Assembly (NCBI GenBank): GCA_013202295.1
Contig: JABMRT010000101.1
Coordinates: 3,241 to 67,240 of the forward strand
Reading direction: 5' to 3'
Length of the DNA: 64,000 nt
Source of the DNA: Candidatus Zhuqueibacterota bacterium
GTDB taxonomy: Bacteria > Zhuqueibacterota > QNDG01 > JABMRT01
Part shown: one piece after another, positions 1 through 12,188 of the stretch
Layout: each line of letters begins with the position of its first letter
Numbering within the stretch: the stretch's first letter is position 1
Program-made: the position numbers and the translations under genes
The notes under the pieces: model-generated
What the model was told of the DNA's origin: nothing
Databases searched by the model: none
Seen by the model: the letters and a program-made list of their open reading frames with translations, nothing else

Positions 1-392
1 GGCACACAAATCATGGACCGGGTACGAAAGCTGGATTTCTTATCATAAGCAGAATCAAATCGAGGGTCTTGATAGCAATCTTCAATCAGCAGAGATTCAC
101 GATGTTCAGCCACCCAGCCGGCTATCCCTGTGCCCATTTCTACCGTGAAGGTTTCCATGAGCTTGCCCTTCTCACCCGTGGCCACTTGAAAATGGAGTTT
201 GCCGTCTTTTTCATCATAGAGTAAAAGAGAACTGGCCTCGGCGCCCATCAGCTCCTTGCTGCTCTCCATAATTTCATGCATGAGTTCGGGAAGCGGCTTT
301 TTTTCTGAAATCTTTTGGGAAATCGCATGGAGAAATTGCAAGTTTTCATTCACCGATTGAAGCGATTGTACATCAGAATTCCGATCTGCCAT
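1..392 (-). CDS. GAF domain protein, N-terminal part only (continues beyond window start)
   Basis: Minus-strand translation from ATG at 392: MADRNSDVQSLQSVNENLQFLHAISQKISEKKPLPELMHEIMESSKELMGAEASSLLLYDEKDGKLHFQVATGEKGKLMETFTVEMGTGIAGWVAEH..., typical GAF fold signature; not in ORF track because truncated by window edge. Confidence 0.55.
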   Translation of the reverse strand, partial: MADRNSDVQSLQSVNENLQFLHAISQKISEKKPLPELMHEIMESSKELMGAEASSLLLYDEKDGKLHFQVATGEKGKLMETFTVEMGTGIAGWVAEHRESLLIEDCYQDPRFDSAYDKKSSFRTRSMICV

Positions 393-429
393 GACAGAAT
401 TCCTTTACGTTAGGATTATAAAAGCCGCA

Positions 430-1716
430 TCATGCAGCCCTTAATTTGAACCGGAAAAATCCAAAAATAAAACCAATGATGCCAACCAGAAAATTATAGA
501 TATCTCGAACACGGAAATAAAACTTATTGGCCAAAGAGATGCGCTTCTCTGCCACACCCATTTGAGGAGGCTGTACCCGAGGCACCCAGCCATAGGTTCC
601 CCGATCGATCAGCACCTTGTTCCAGATCCACTCCCCGCGATAGGCCACATCTGTGAGCAGGAGCAGCATCCCTCTGGGAACGGAGCGGATAACTGGAGCC
701 TTTTCTGAGGGTTGCTCTCGTATCGATGCCTGGGTATCCTTGATTTCCACAAACAGATGGTTGGATGCGTGCAAGGTCACATCCGATTTCAAACCCACAT
801 CCAGAGAGAGCCAGACCGTGGGTGCGAAAAACAGGATAAAGCTCAGGCAAAATCCGACACCTCCGCTCAGTATGCGGAATACAACCATAGGCACAAACTT
901 GCTGCGAATGATTAGAAAAACAACGCCTATCAGGAGCAATCCGAGAAGAACAGCAACCAGCGGATAATTCATCACCAGATGTTTGGGATTTAAAAGAATA
1001 AGCGCCAATGCTTCGGAATCAGCCAGAAAGTAACGTATATATCGAAAATAGAGAAAAACAAGCATGCATCCGTTGACCAGTCCTGCGCCAAGAATCTCCC
1101 ATTTCTGGATCGGTCCCAGTCTCAACATCGCAGGTCCGTCGTCCGGGAGCACTTCACTTGCCTTCTGCCAGACACATTTGTACAGCGTCATGGGATTTTT
1201 CTTACCCCTGGGTGTAAACCGTCCTTTTTTTTCCAAGTGATAGGATTTTTGATTTAGTTTCCGAATGGCACGCGCAGATATTAATATTTCATTCGCATTA
1301 GCTTTGTCCTCAATACGCGAAGCCACATTGACTGTGTCACCATAAATATCCCCTTTTTCAACCACAGCCCGGCCTGAATGAATGCCGATGCAAATTTTCG
1401 GGATTTTAGGATCGGACTTTCTCTCATGCTGCAATGCCTGCTGAATGGCAATGGACGCGTGCAATGCGTGAGTCGGTGATTTAAACGATGCCATCACCGA
1501 ATCACCAATGGTTTTGACAATCCTTCCATTATTTTTCTGAATAATTGGAAAGATCATCCGATTGAGAAAGTCAATCATCAGGCGGCCCATGACATCACCC
1601 CGTGAATCCCAGTACGTGCTGGAAGCAACCACATCGGTAAACAGAATCGTGACCTCTTTCTCAGTCACTTTGATATAACGCTGAATATTCTTGAAAAGTC
1701 GTTTCTGTGAAGGCAT
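430..1716 (-). CDS. Class III adenylate/guanylate cyclase with N-terminal catalytic domain followed by multi-pass membrane region
   Basis: ILFTDVVASSTYWD and KTIGDSVMASF metal-binding Asp motifs, GDTVNVASRIE; residues ~215-300 strongly hydrophobic (4-6 TM helices) plus final hydrophobic helix. Confidence 0.8.
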   Translation of the reverse strand: MPSQKRLFKNIQRYIKVTEKEVTILFTDVVASSTYWDSRGDVMGRLMIDFLNRMIFPIIQKNNGRIVKTIGDSVMASFKSPTHALHASIAIQQALQHERKSDPKIPKICIGIHSGRAVVEKGDIYGDTVNVASRIEDKANANEILISARAIRKLNQKSYHLEKKGRFTPRGKKNPMTLYKCVWQKASEVLPDDGPAMLRLGPIQKWEILGAGLVNGCMLVFLYFRYIRYFLADSEALALILLNPKHLVMNYPLVAVLLGLLLIGVVFLIIRSKFVPMVVFRILSGGVGFCLSFILFFAPTVWLSLDVGLKSDVTLHASNHLFVEIKDTQASIREQPSEKAPVIRSVPRGMLLLLTDVAYRGEWIWNKVLIDRGTYGWVPRVQPPQMGVAEKRISLANKFYFRVRDIYNFLVGIIGFIFGFFRFKLRAA

Positions 1717-1801
1717 GCGAATCCTTTAATCTATGATAGCAGATATGATGAAATACTGTACCTCAACGATATTCCCCCAACATTCTTTCTTTATTACAAA
1801 A

Positions 1802-3562
1802 TTACAAAGCAAAAGCAAGTCGCTTGACATTCAATAGATTTTTGTATGTAACATTATCTGTTGTGGATGTCCCACCCAGCGTGCCGCATCCCAATGTCAA
1901 CGAAGGCAGTAATCCATTGCCACCTCCGATACACCCCAAAGATCCACCGACATTTGTCAGGATCCGGCTGGCCGGCATCAGAGCCGCGTACCGCTTGGCC
2001 AGATCCTGATCGTGGGTATGAATAATAGCTGTATGACCGCTTCCCTCCTGTGTCAGAATATCTTTACAAAGTTTAAACGCTTCCTCTTCATTTTTGACCG
2101 TGAACAGAGAAAGCACAGGTGCTAATTTTTCATGCCCAAAGGGCCCGGTGTACTGCTCATTCTCTAAAGGAAGAATCAAAAGCCGCATCGTATCGTCCAC
2201 AGCAATCCCTGCTTTTTCTGCAATCGCCTGAGCCGAATGGCCCACCATAAATGCATTGAATCGATGCATGTCGGAATCATACATTTCTTCAAGTAGGAGT
2301 TCCATCTCATCTTGATTGAGTATTCGAGCACCATGTTTTTTCAGTGCTGTCAGGAATGCATCATGCACTGAAGCATCGACGACAAGATTGTTTTCTGAGC
2401 CGCAGATGACACCATTATCAAAACTTTTACTGGAAATATTCATCTCAGCAGTTTTTTCAATATCCGCATCTTGGGCGATGTATACCGGCGCATTGCCTGC
2501 ACCGACGCCAATCGCCGGTGTACCGGAACTATAAGCTGCCCTCACTATACTGGGGCCGCCGGTAGCCAGGATAAAAGACATATCCGGGTGACGCATGAAC
2601 ATGTTGGTTAATTTGCGGCTAGAACGTTCTCGAATCCATTGAATCAGGTGGACAGGTGCATGATGTTTCTTCAACACATCCTGAAGGATTTCACCGGTCT
2701 TGTTCCCCACAATCATGGCTTTACGATGACAGCTCATAATCAATGCATTGCGTGATTTCAAGCAAATAAGTGCTTTGAATATCATCGTGGGCACAGGATT
2801 GGTCAAGGGAATAATTCCCATAATAACACCCATTGGGCTGGCAATTTCTTCGATTCGATCGGCCTGATTATATTGAATCATCCCGTATGCCGGTTTCCCC
2901 GCCAATACATCATAGACACCCTGACTAGCAAATCGGATTTTTGCTACTTTATCAGCCATCACACCCAGTCCGCTTTCCTCAACCGTATCCGCGGCCAGTT
3001 CATCCGCATGGGTCACAATCGCATCTACCATATCATTGAGCAAGGCATCCACTTTATCTTCCGGCCAGTCTTGAAAGGTTGTTTGGGCCGCGTGCGCATT
3101 CTCAATCATCGAATCGACAAAGGGGGTTGATACTTCCATTGAGATAAAATCTGCCAGCTGCTTGTTCGCCTGTCTCACAATTTGAATGAGATTAGCAGAA
3201 AATGTTTTCAGTAATTGCGTGCCGATTTTCGGATGATTCGCCAACAAGGTCTCAAATTTCTCGAGCGAGAGCCAACGGGCAGTTACATCTGTATGGGCAT
3301 ACAAACTGGCTGAACGCGGCTCATGATCGATCAGCGAAAAATCGCCCATCACCATGCCGGGCTCCAGATAATTCAGCACGACATCTGTATCAAGCTCGCC
3401 TGTATCGTATTCGACACGCACCGTGCCTTCGTCAATAAAGTAACATCCATTCCCTTCACCACCTTGCTCCATAATACAGGTTCCTGTTGAGAATGTGACG
3501 GTTTCAAGGCTGTTATTGACAATGGCCATGTCATCTTCATTCAAAGCATTTAATAAAGTCAT
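1802..3562 (-). CDS. Fusion protein: N-terminal cyclic-nucleotide-binding (CAP-type) domain + CoA-acylating aldehyde dehydrogenase (EutE/PduP/AdhE-N-like)
   Basis: N-term GMVMGDFSLIDHEPRSASLYA cNMP-binding signature; C-term ALDH fold with GGPSIVRAAYSSGTPAIGVGAGNAPVYI and catalytic Cys context SFDNGVICGSENNLVVD. Confidence 0.75.
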   Translation of the reverse strand: MTLLNALNEDDMAIVNNSLETVTFSTGTCIMEQGGEGNGCYFIDEGTVRVEYDTGELDTDVVLNYLEPGMVMGDFSLIDHEPRSASLYAHTDVTARWLSLEKFETLLANHPKIGTQLLKTFSANLIQIVRQANKQLADFISMEVSTPFVDSMIENAHAAQTTFQDWPEDKVDALLNDMVDAIVTHADELAADTVEESGLGVMADKVAKIRFASQGVYDVLAGKPAYGMIQYNQADRIEEIASPMGVIMGIIPLTNPVPTMIFKALICLKSRNALIMSCHRKAMIVGNKTGEILQDVLKKHHAPVHLIQWIRERSSRKLTNMFMRHPDMSFILATGGPSIVRAAYSSGTPAIGVGAGNAPVYIAQDADIEKTAEMNISSKSFDNGVICGSENNLVVDASVHDAFLTALKKHGARILNQDEMELLLEEMYDSDMHRFNAFMVGHSAQAIAEKAGIAVDDTMRLLILPLENEQYTGPFGHEKLAPVLSLFTVKNEEEAFKLCKDILTQEGSGHTAIIHTHDQDLAKRYAALMPASRILTNVGGSLGCIGGGNGLLPSLTLGCGTLGGTSTTDNVTYKNLLNVKRLAFAL

Positions 3563-3602
3563 CTATTTGATCTCCATGATTAATAATAACTGATCAGGAT
3601 AA

Positions 3603-3640
3603 GTGTTTGTGTTCCAACGCGGAGCATGGGAACGAGGAAT
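3603..3640. repeat. Degenerate copy of short palindromic (REP-like) element found 3' of GH2 genes
   Basis: aagtgtttgtgttccaacgcggagcatgggaacgaggaa matches aagtgtttcgttccaacgcagagcattggaacgaggaa at 6461-6499 and 6783-6821. Confidence 0.5.
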
Positions 3641-3649
3641 CACAAACAA

Positions 3650-5461
3650 TTAATATTCATTCCGAACACTATCAAAATATTGTTTCATTACAATCCATGC
3701 CTTCTTTTTATCACCCTGATCAGAAAGTAATCCTTTCCGGTTCCATCCACTCTGATATTTGGGGTGCATTCGGCCCAAAGACCGGTAATCCACCAATAAC
3801 CAGGGACAGATACCAACCAGATTCGGCACATTTTCAAACATGGCAATCTGATCTATGTAAATCTGCTCCTGATATTCCTCGTTCCAATGTGCGGCCTCAT
3901 CAGGAGGGCCCTCATGATTTCCGTACAGTGCTTCCCCTCCGAATTCAGAAATAAGGACCGGTTTGTCCTCACATACCAGTTTCCATTTCGTTTCGGTTGG
4001 ATTACCCTGCCATGGCACATACCATCCTAAGTATTCATTCAGCGCAATGAAATCGCAATGATTATACAGAGTATCCCACACATTGAAAGTATGATTCTCA
4101 TACCCCTGCGTATTGATCACATGCGTGATAAGTCGCGTGGAGTCCAGCTCTCTGCACTGCTTCGTCAATGTGATCAGGGCCTGATTGCGATTGGGTGTAA
4201 AATGATACGTTTCGTTCGAAAGACTCCAGATTACAACACCGCAGCGATTTCGGTCCCGTTTGACCATCTCCCTGAGCATCAAGTCCATCTTTTGCTCAAT
4301 GCCAGGAGCTGAAAATGAAATATGCTGGTATATGGGAAGTTCGCTCCAGACCATCAAGCCCATCTTCTCGGCCATCCGGACCGTGTATTCATTGTGAGGA
4401 TAATGCGCCAGACGCACGAAATTGCAACCGAGTTCTTTTACCCAGCTGAGTAGTACCAACGCGTCGGACTTTGAAAAGGCCTTGGCCGCCCGAAGCGGCA
4501 TCTCCTCATGTAAATTAACACCCTTTAGAAATATCGGCTTCCCGTTCAGAACAATGTCCGGGCCCCGGATGTCAATGGTTCTAAATCCGATCTCATCCGC
4601 GAGTGTATCGGTTTCGCTTTCAATGATCACGTTGTACAGTTTCGGATGATCAGGCCACCATAGCTCTGGATGCGCTTCAAATTCGATTTCAGCAAATCCA
4701 CGATCATTCGATTGTGTTTTATATTGGATATGCAATTCTGGAATTCTGACCGTAATGGGCTGCACGGATTGGGCTCCGTCCAATTTCACCCAGCCCCTAA
4801 TCATCCCTTTGGAACTTTTATGTAATTGAATCGAATAGTCTTCGATATAAGATACCGGTGTTTCAATCAAATTGACATCGCGGGTAATGCCCCCATAATT
4901 GAACCAGTCATACCCTAGACCGGGCAGCCCGTCCTTAAATCGATGATTGTCCACCTTAACCACAATCCGGTTTTGGCCGGGCTTCACCTTATCAGTAATC
5001 TCAAACTGAAACGGGGTGAAACCGCCCTCATGCTGGCCAAGCGGTTCGCCGTTGAGATAGATATTCGCCAGATAATTCACAGCACCAAAATGGAGGAAGA
5101 GTCTTTTGTGTTTTTTTATTTCATGGTGGAATGTCTTTTTATACCAGACCGTGCCTTCCATATAGGTCAGTTCGGGGAGCTGTGTATTAAAATCACCCGG
5201 TACGTTTAAAACAGGGCCGCCGTCAAATGAATACTCCACAAAATCGGTTTTTTTCTCAGGTTGCTTTTCCTGCCATACCTGACGCCAGTTTCCGGTTCCG
5301 GTTGGATCAAGAATCACTTGCCACTTGCCGTTTAATGAGGTTGATTGTCGTGCAAATACATTGATCATCGAAGACTGTGCGAGGACAGCATGCTCAAAGC
5401 CTGAACCAATGAACAAAAATAGAATAGTGATTTGGATGAAATGATAAACACTGCTACACAT
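3650..5461 (-). CDS. Glycoside hydrolase family 2 (beta-galactosidase/beta-glucuronidase-like), secreted
   Basis: GH2 sugar-binding, Ig-like and TIM-barrel motifs (NHRFKDGLPGLGYDWFNYGGITRDVNL; VIWSLSNE acid/base); probable true start at internal Met 5461 giving signal peptide MCSSVYHFIQITILFLFIGSGFEHAVLAQS. Confidence 0.85.
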   Translation of the reverse strand: MCSSVYHFIQITILFLFIGSGFEHAVLAQSSMINVFARQSTSLNGKWQVILDPTGTGNWRQVWQEKQPEKKTDFVEYSFDGGPVLNVPGDFNTQLPELTYMEGTVWYKKTFHHEIKKHKRLFLHFGAVNYLANIYLNGEPLGQHEGGFTPFQFEITDKVKPGQNRIVVKVDNHRFKDGLPGLGYDWFNYGGITRDVNLIETPVSYIEDYSIQLHKSSKGMIRGWVKLDGAQSVQPITVRIPELHIQYKTQSNDRGFAEIEFEAHPELWWPDHPKLYNVIIESETDTLADEIGFRTIDIRGPDIVLNGKPIFLKGVNLHEEMPLRAAKAFSKSDALVLLSWVKELGCNFVRLAHYPHNEYTVRMAEKMGLMVWSELPIYQHISFSAPGIEQKMDLMLREMVKRDRNRCGVVIWSLSNETYHFTPNRNQALITLTKQCRELDSTRLITHVINTQGYENHTFNVWDTLYNHCDFIALNEYLGWYVPWQGNPTETKWKLVCEDKPVLISEFGGEALYGNHEGPPDEAAHWNEEYQEQIYIDQIAMFENVPNLVGICPWLLVDYRSLGRMHPKYQSGWNRKGLLSDQGDKKKAWIVMKQYFDSVRNEY

Positions 5462-5525
5462 TGCTGTTTCCCTTTTTCTTTCTCTTTTTATCACACCCGG
5501 ACTCAGTATGAAAATGATAAATACG

Positions 5526-5930
5526 CTACGCCTGCCGTATTTTTGAATTGAGATTATACCCCTTTTCGCCAAATGGCTGAAGCTTCTCAAGCCAGATTTC
5601 TTCGAGTAAAGTCAGTTCATCTTTCAAATTGAAGTTCTCGTCGTCTTTCACCTCTACAACTTCGAGTATTTCGAAGACAAACTTGTCTTCACCGAACTCA
5701 TCCCATTCCTGCTGAAGTGCTTCATTGCGATGACTTCCCATTGTGAGCATAAACTTATCTCTGTTCAACGGGCCCTTAAGGTTCAAACTGCTTCCGAGCA
5801 GCACCTTGCCGTTTGCCGTATTCTTGACCTGAAACACACCCGCCGGTTTCTTTCGTTCTTTATATTCTCTATTGATGTTCTGTCTTGATTTCATCACCGT
5901 CTCTATATTCATTTTGCCGTTCCAAAACAA
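5526..5930 (-). CDS. GIY-YIG nuclease-superfamily small protein
   Basis: GVFQVKNTANGKVLLGSSLNLKGPLNRDKFML matches GIY-YIG core (GxYxIxNxxNGKxYIGSSxNL...R); exact start uncertain (several in-frame Met). Confidence 0.55.
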   Translation of the reverse strand: MFWNGKMNIETVMKSRQNINREYKERKKPAGVFQVKNTANGKVLLGSSLNLKGPLNRDKFMLTMGSHRNEALQQEWDEFGEDKFVFEILEVVEVKDDENFNLKDELTLLEEIWLEKLQPFGEKGYNLNSKIRQA

Positions 5931-6000
5931 AATTTGGGAACCATGTAATAACCTTTTATCCCTGCACCACTGAATAAAAACCCTGAGGCGATCATGACTC

Positions 6001-6423
6001 TCAAATTAAATCCCATTTTTTCTCTACCCTTGTGATCTCATCTAGAACTCGTATTCTTAATGTGTCCCTACCGATAGGGCTTTGCCCGTAGATTGTTGGT
6101 CCATTCACCTTATGGTCATTATATGATTCAGGATTAAGCTCTTTCTTTATTGCTTCTGATAGATACGGCTTCATTTGTGAAAACATTATTGTCTCTGAAA
6201 AATCATTCCAGTTTGTCCCCTTATTGAAATCATCTATGGATATCATTTGGCGCAACGAATCAATAAATTCTCTCCTCATCGCCCTTGTGTCTTTCCTTTT
6301 TTCAATACCCCAATGAATCCATGGTGCAATTAAGGAGGCGACAGTTCCTGAAACCAAACCAAAAAATGATGGGAGAACGACAGTTAACCACAATGATGAG
6401 TCAGTCATAACAGAGCCTTTCAT
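6001..6423 (-). CDS. Hypothetical membrane-anchored protein
   Basis: ORF with N-terminal TM helix (SLWLTVVLPSFFGLVSGTVASLIAPWIHW); ORF-track start extends into palindromic repeat, likely real start MKGSVM at 6423. Confidence 0.45.
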   Translation of the reverse strand: MKGSVMTDSSLWLTVVLPSFFGLVSGTVASLIAPWIHWGIEKRKDTRAMRREFIDSLRQMISIDDFNKGTNWNDFSETIMFSQMKPYLSEAIKKELNPESYNDHKVNGPTIYGQSPIGRDTLRIRVLDEITRVEKKWDLI

Positions 6424-6432
6424 TTTTTCATC

Positions 6433-6517
6433 TCGTTCCCACGCTCTGCGTGGGAATGGCAAGTGTTTCGTTCCAACGCAGAGCATTGGAACGAGGAAAT
6501 TCCCTTTTCCCTGTTCC
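6433..6517. repeat. Palindromic REP-like element copy 1 (two adjacent hairpins)
   Basis: tcgttcccacgc-tct-gcgtgggaa (9-bp stem) then cgttccaa-cgcagagca-ttggaacg (8-bp stem), followed by ggaaattcccttttccctgttc; identical copy at 6756-6840. Confidence 0.7.
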
Positions 6518-6525
6518 CCATTCCC

Positions 6526-6750
6526 CTATTCCCCAGGTTTCAAAATCATCCCTGCCGGAATCGGCTGCCTCATAAATCCCGGCCCTTCAAATTCAACAGA
6601 GAAGGATTCTCCACCTCCTTTTTCAAAAAAGACCACTTCAAAAGGTACCGGGTCCGCTCCCAGTTCAATCAAACCGCTTTGCGTTTCTGCGGCGTGAAGT
6701 CCGTCATTCTCCACAACCTTCTGCCCGTTTACAAACATGCGCGAGCCATT
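6526..6750 (-). pseudogene. Remnant PA14-domain fragment produced by tandem duplication of the 3' end of the downstream GH2 gene
   Basis: [73 protein letters not shown] vs C-terminus of 6863..10924 product (...[73 protein letters not shown]); no plausible start, upstream part of ORF reads through hairpin repeat. Confidence 0.7.
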
Positions 6751-6755
6751 CATCT

Positions 6756-6840
6756 CGTTCCCACGCTCTGCGTGGGAATGGCAAGTGTTTCGTTCCAACG
6801 CAGAGCATTGGAACGAGGAAATTCCCTTTTCCCTGTTCAC
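6756..6840. repeat. Palindromic REP-like element copy 2, immediately 3' of GH2/LacZ-like gene
   Basis: Same two-hairpin sequence as 6433-6517, 323 bp apart. Confidence 0.7.
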
Positions 6841-6862
6841 CTTTTCCCCGTTCACCCTTCCC

Positions 6863-10957
<4,095 letters not shown>

Positions 10958-11187
10958 TTAAATGTATATGCGTTCTTGGTTTGGCATTTTGAAAATTGCA
11001 TGAAGAAATCTGAGCGTCTTTCCGTAAAAAATGAAAACTGTTTGATCCCGCCATTCAATAAATTCATATGATAGGTTGGGCGGGAGAGTTTTTTCATTTT
11101 AGGAAAGACACATAGGATTTTAGCAAATTTTCAAATAGCCTTGATTTTTTGCGCCACTTTTGTATCAAGACAAAAGTGGCATCAAAC

Positions 11188-12126
11188 TTAAAATATTTTC
11201 CAAAACGGCTTCTTTAAATGCCGATAATTAATCAACTCAATCCCACGTCGCTCAATCACCTCACGCACTTGTGGATCGATCAGCACTCGCGTGGATGTAT
11301 CACGCGTCTCGGCAATACCACCCCATCCACCTTCCGTAATCTCATCCGTATCCAGACCCAACTTCCCGGGATGGTCATATAAAATCCATGTGCCTGGTTT
11401 CAGATTGTCGAGTTCATCCACTGCTTGCTGAAGTACCTCTTCAAAAGGATTTGAAGGGTCAAACAGCTCAACATACCGCGCACCACAATCAAGGGGATAC
11501 AGATCCAGATCATATTCTTTCGCTATATCCGAAATCACGGATCTGACGGCAGGTGAGATGGATTCAAATCCCATATGAACAGAAAAATGAGTCAAATGAG
11601 GAAGCTTCTTTTGGGCCAGCTCAATCTGAGCCCTAAGCTCTCCCTCAATTTCAGAAATTTTGGGAGAATTTCCTTTCAATGTCATTGCTGGATCAATATC
11701 ATCAAATGCCATGGTCGCCGGAAAAAAATGGCCATTCTCATCGGTCAGACTTGGTGCGTCTGTAAGCGGCCCCCATTTGATCTGATCCCACTCACTTGTC
11801 AACGTGAGATGCACTCCCACATCCAGACCGGGATTTTTGTTCAGCATTTGAACTGCTTCATCAAAATGAACACACGGGGGCATCACCTCCACACAGGTCA
11901 GGATGCCATTTTGATACGCCTCTATGCATCCGACATTCGCGGCGTGGCAAAAGCCCATATCATCACCGCGCACAATAAGGCGAATGCGTTGATCAAGCGG
12001 ACAATGAAAAAATCGGGAAATAAAAGAAGTAAATATCAGTGCGAAAACAATCCAAAGCGCAACCATGGCAACAGACAGAATGCGTTGTACCCGGTCCCAT
12101 AATTTAATACGGTCATTTAGCTGCAT
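11188..12126 (-). CDS. YdjC/ChbG/HpnK-family carbohydrate deacetylase, N-terminal membrane anchor
   Basis: IVRGDDMGFCHAANVG and HLTLT... motifs typical of YdjC-like deacetylases; TM helix ILSVAMVALWIVFALIFTSFI. Confidence 0.7.
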   Translation of the reverse strand: MQLNDRIKLWDRVQRILSVAMVALWIVFALIFTSFISRFFHCPLDQRIRLIVRGDDMGFCHAANVGCIEAYQNGILTCVEVMPPCVHFDEAVQMLNKNPGLDVGVHLTLTSEWDQIKWGPLTDAPSLTDENGHFFPATMAFDDIDPAMTLKGNSPKISEIEGELRAQIELAQKKLPHLTHFSVHMGFESISPAVRSVISDIAKEYDLDLYPLDCGARYVELFDPSNPFEEVLQQAVDELDNLKPGTWILYDHPGKLGLDTDEITEGGWGGIAETRDTSTRVLIDPQVREVIERRGIELINYRHLKKPFWKIF

Positions 12127-12188
12127 CGTTCAATCTCCCATAGATTGAATGCTCTCGATCACAACACCATTTTAAACTGATTCCATAT

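Noticed and set aside
524-967. Small ORFs 524..850(-), 653..967(+), 712..915(+) within cyclase gene
   Set aside because: Embedded in or antisense to the cyclase CDS, no motifs.
11147-11180. Inverted repeat gccactttt-gtatcaagac-aaaagtggc downstream of YdjC-like gene
   Set aside because: The T-run lies on the wrong side for a minus-strand terminator, and there is an A-run after the hairpin in the transcribed orientation. May still be a weak/bidirectional terminator but not supportable.
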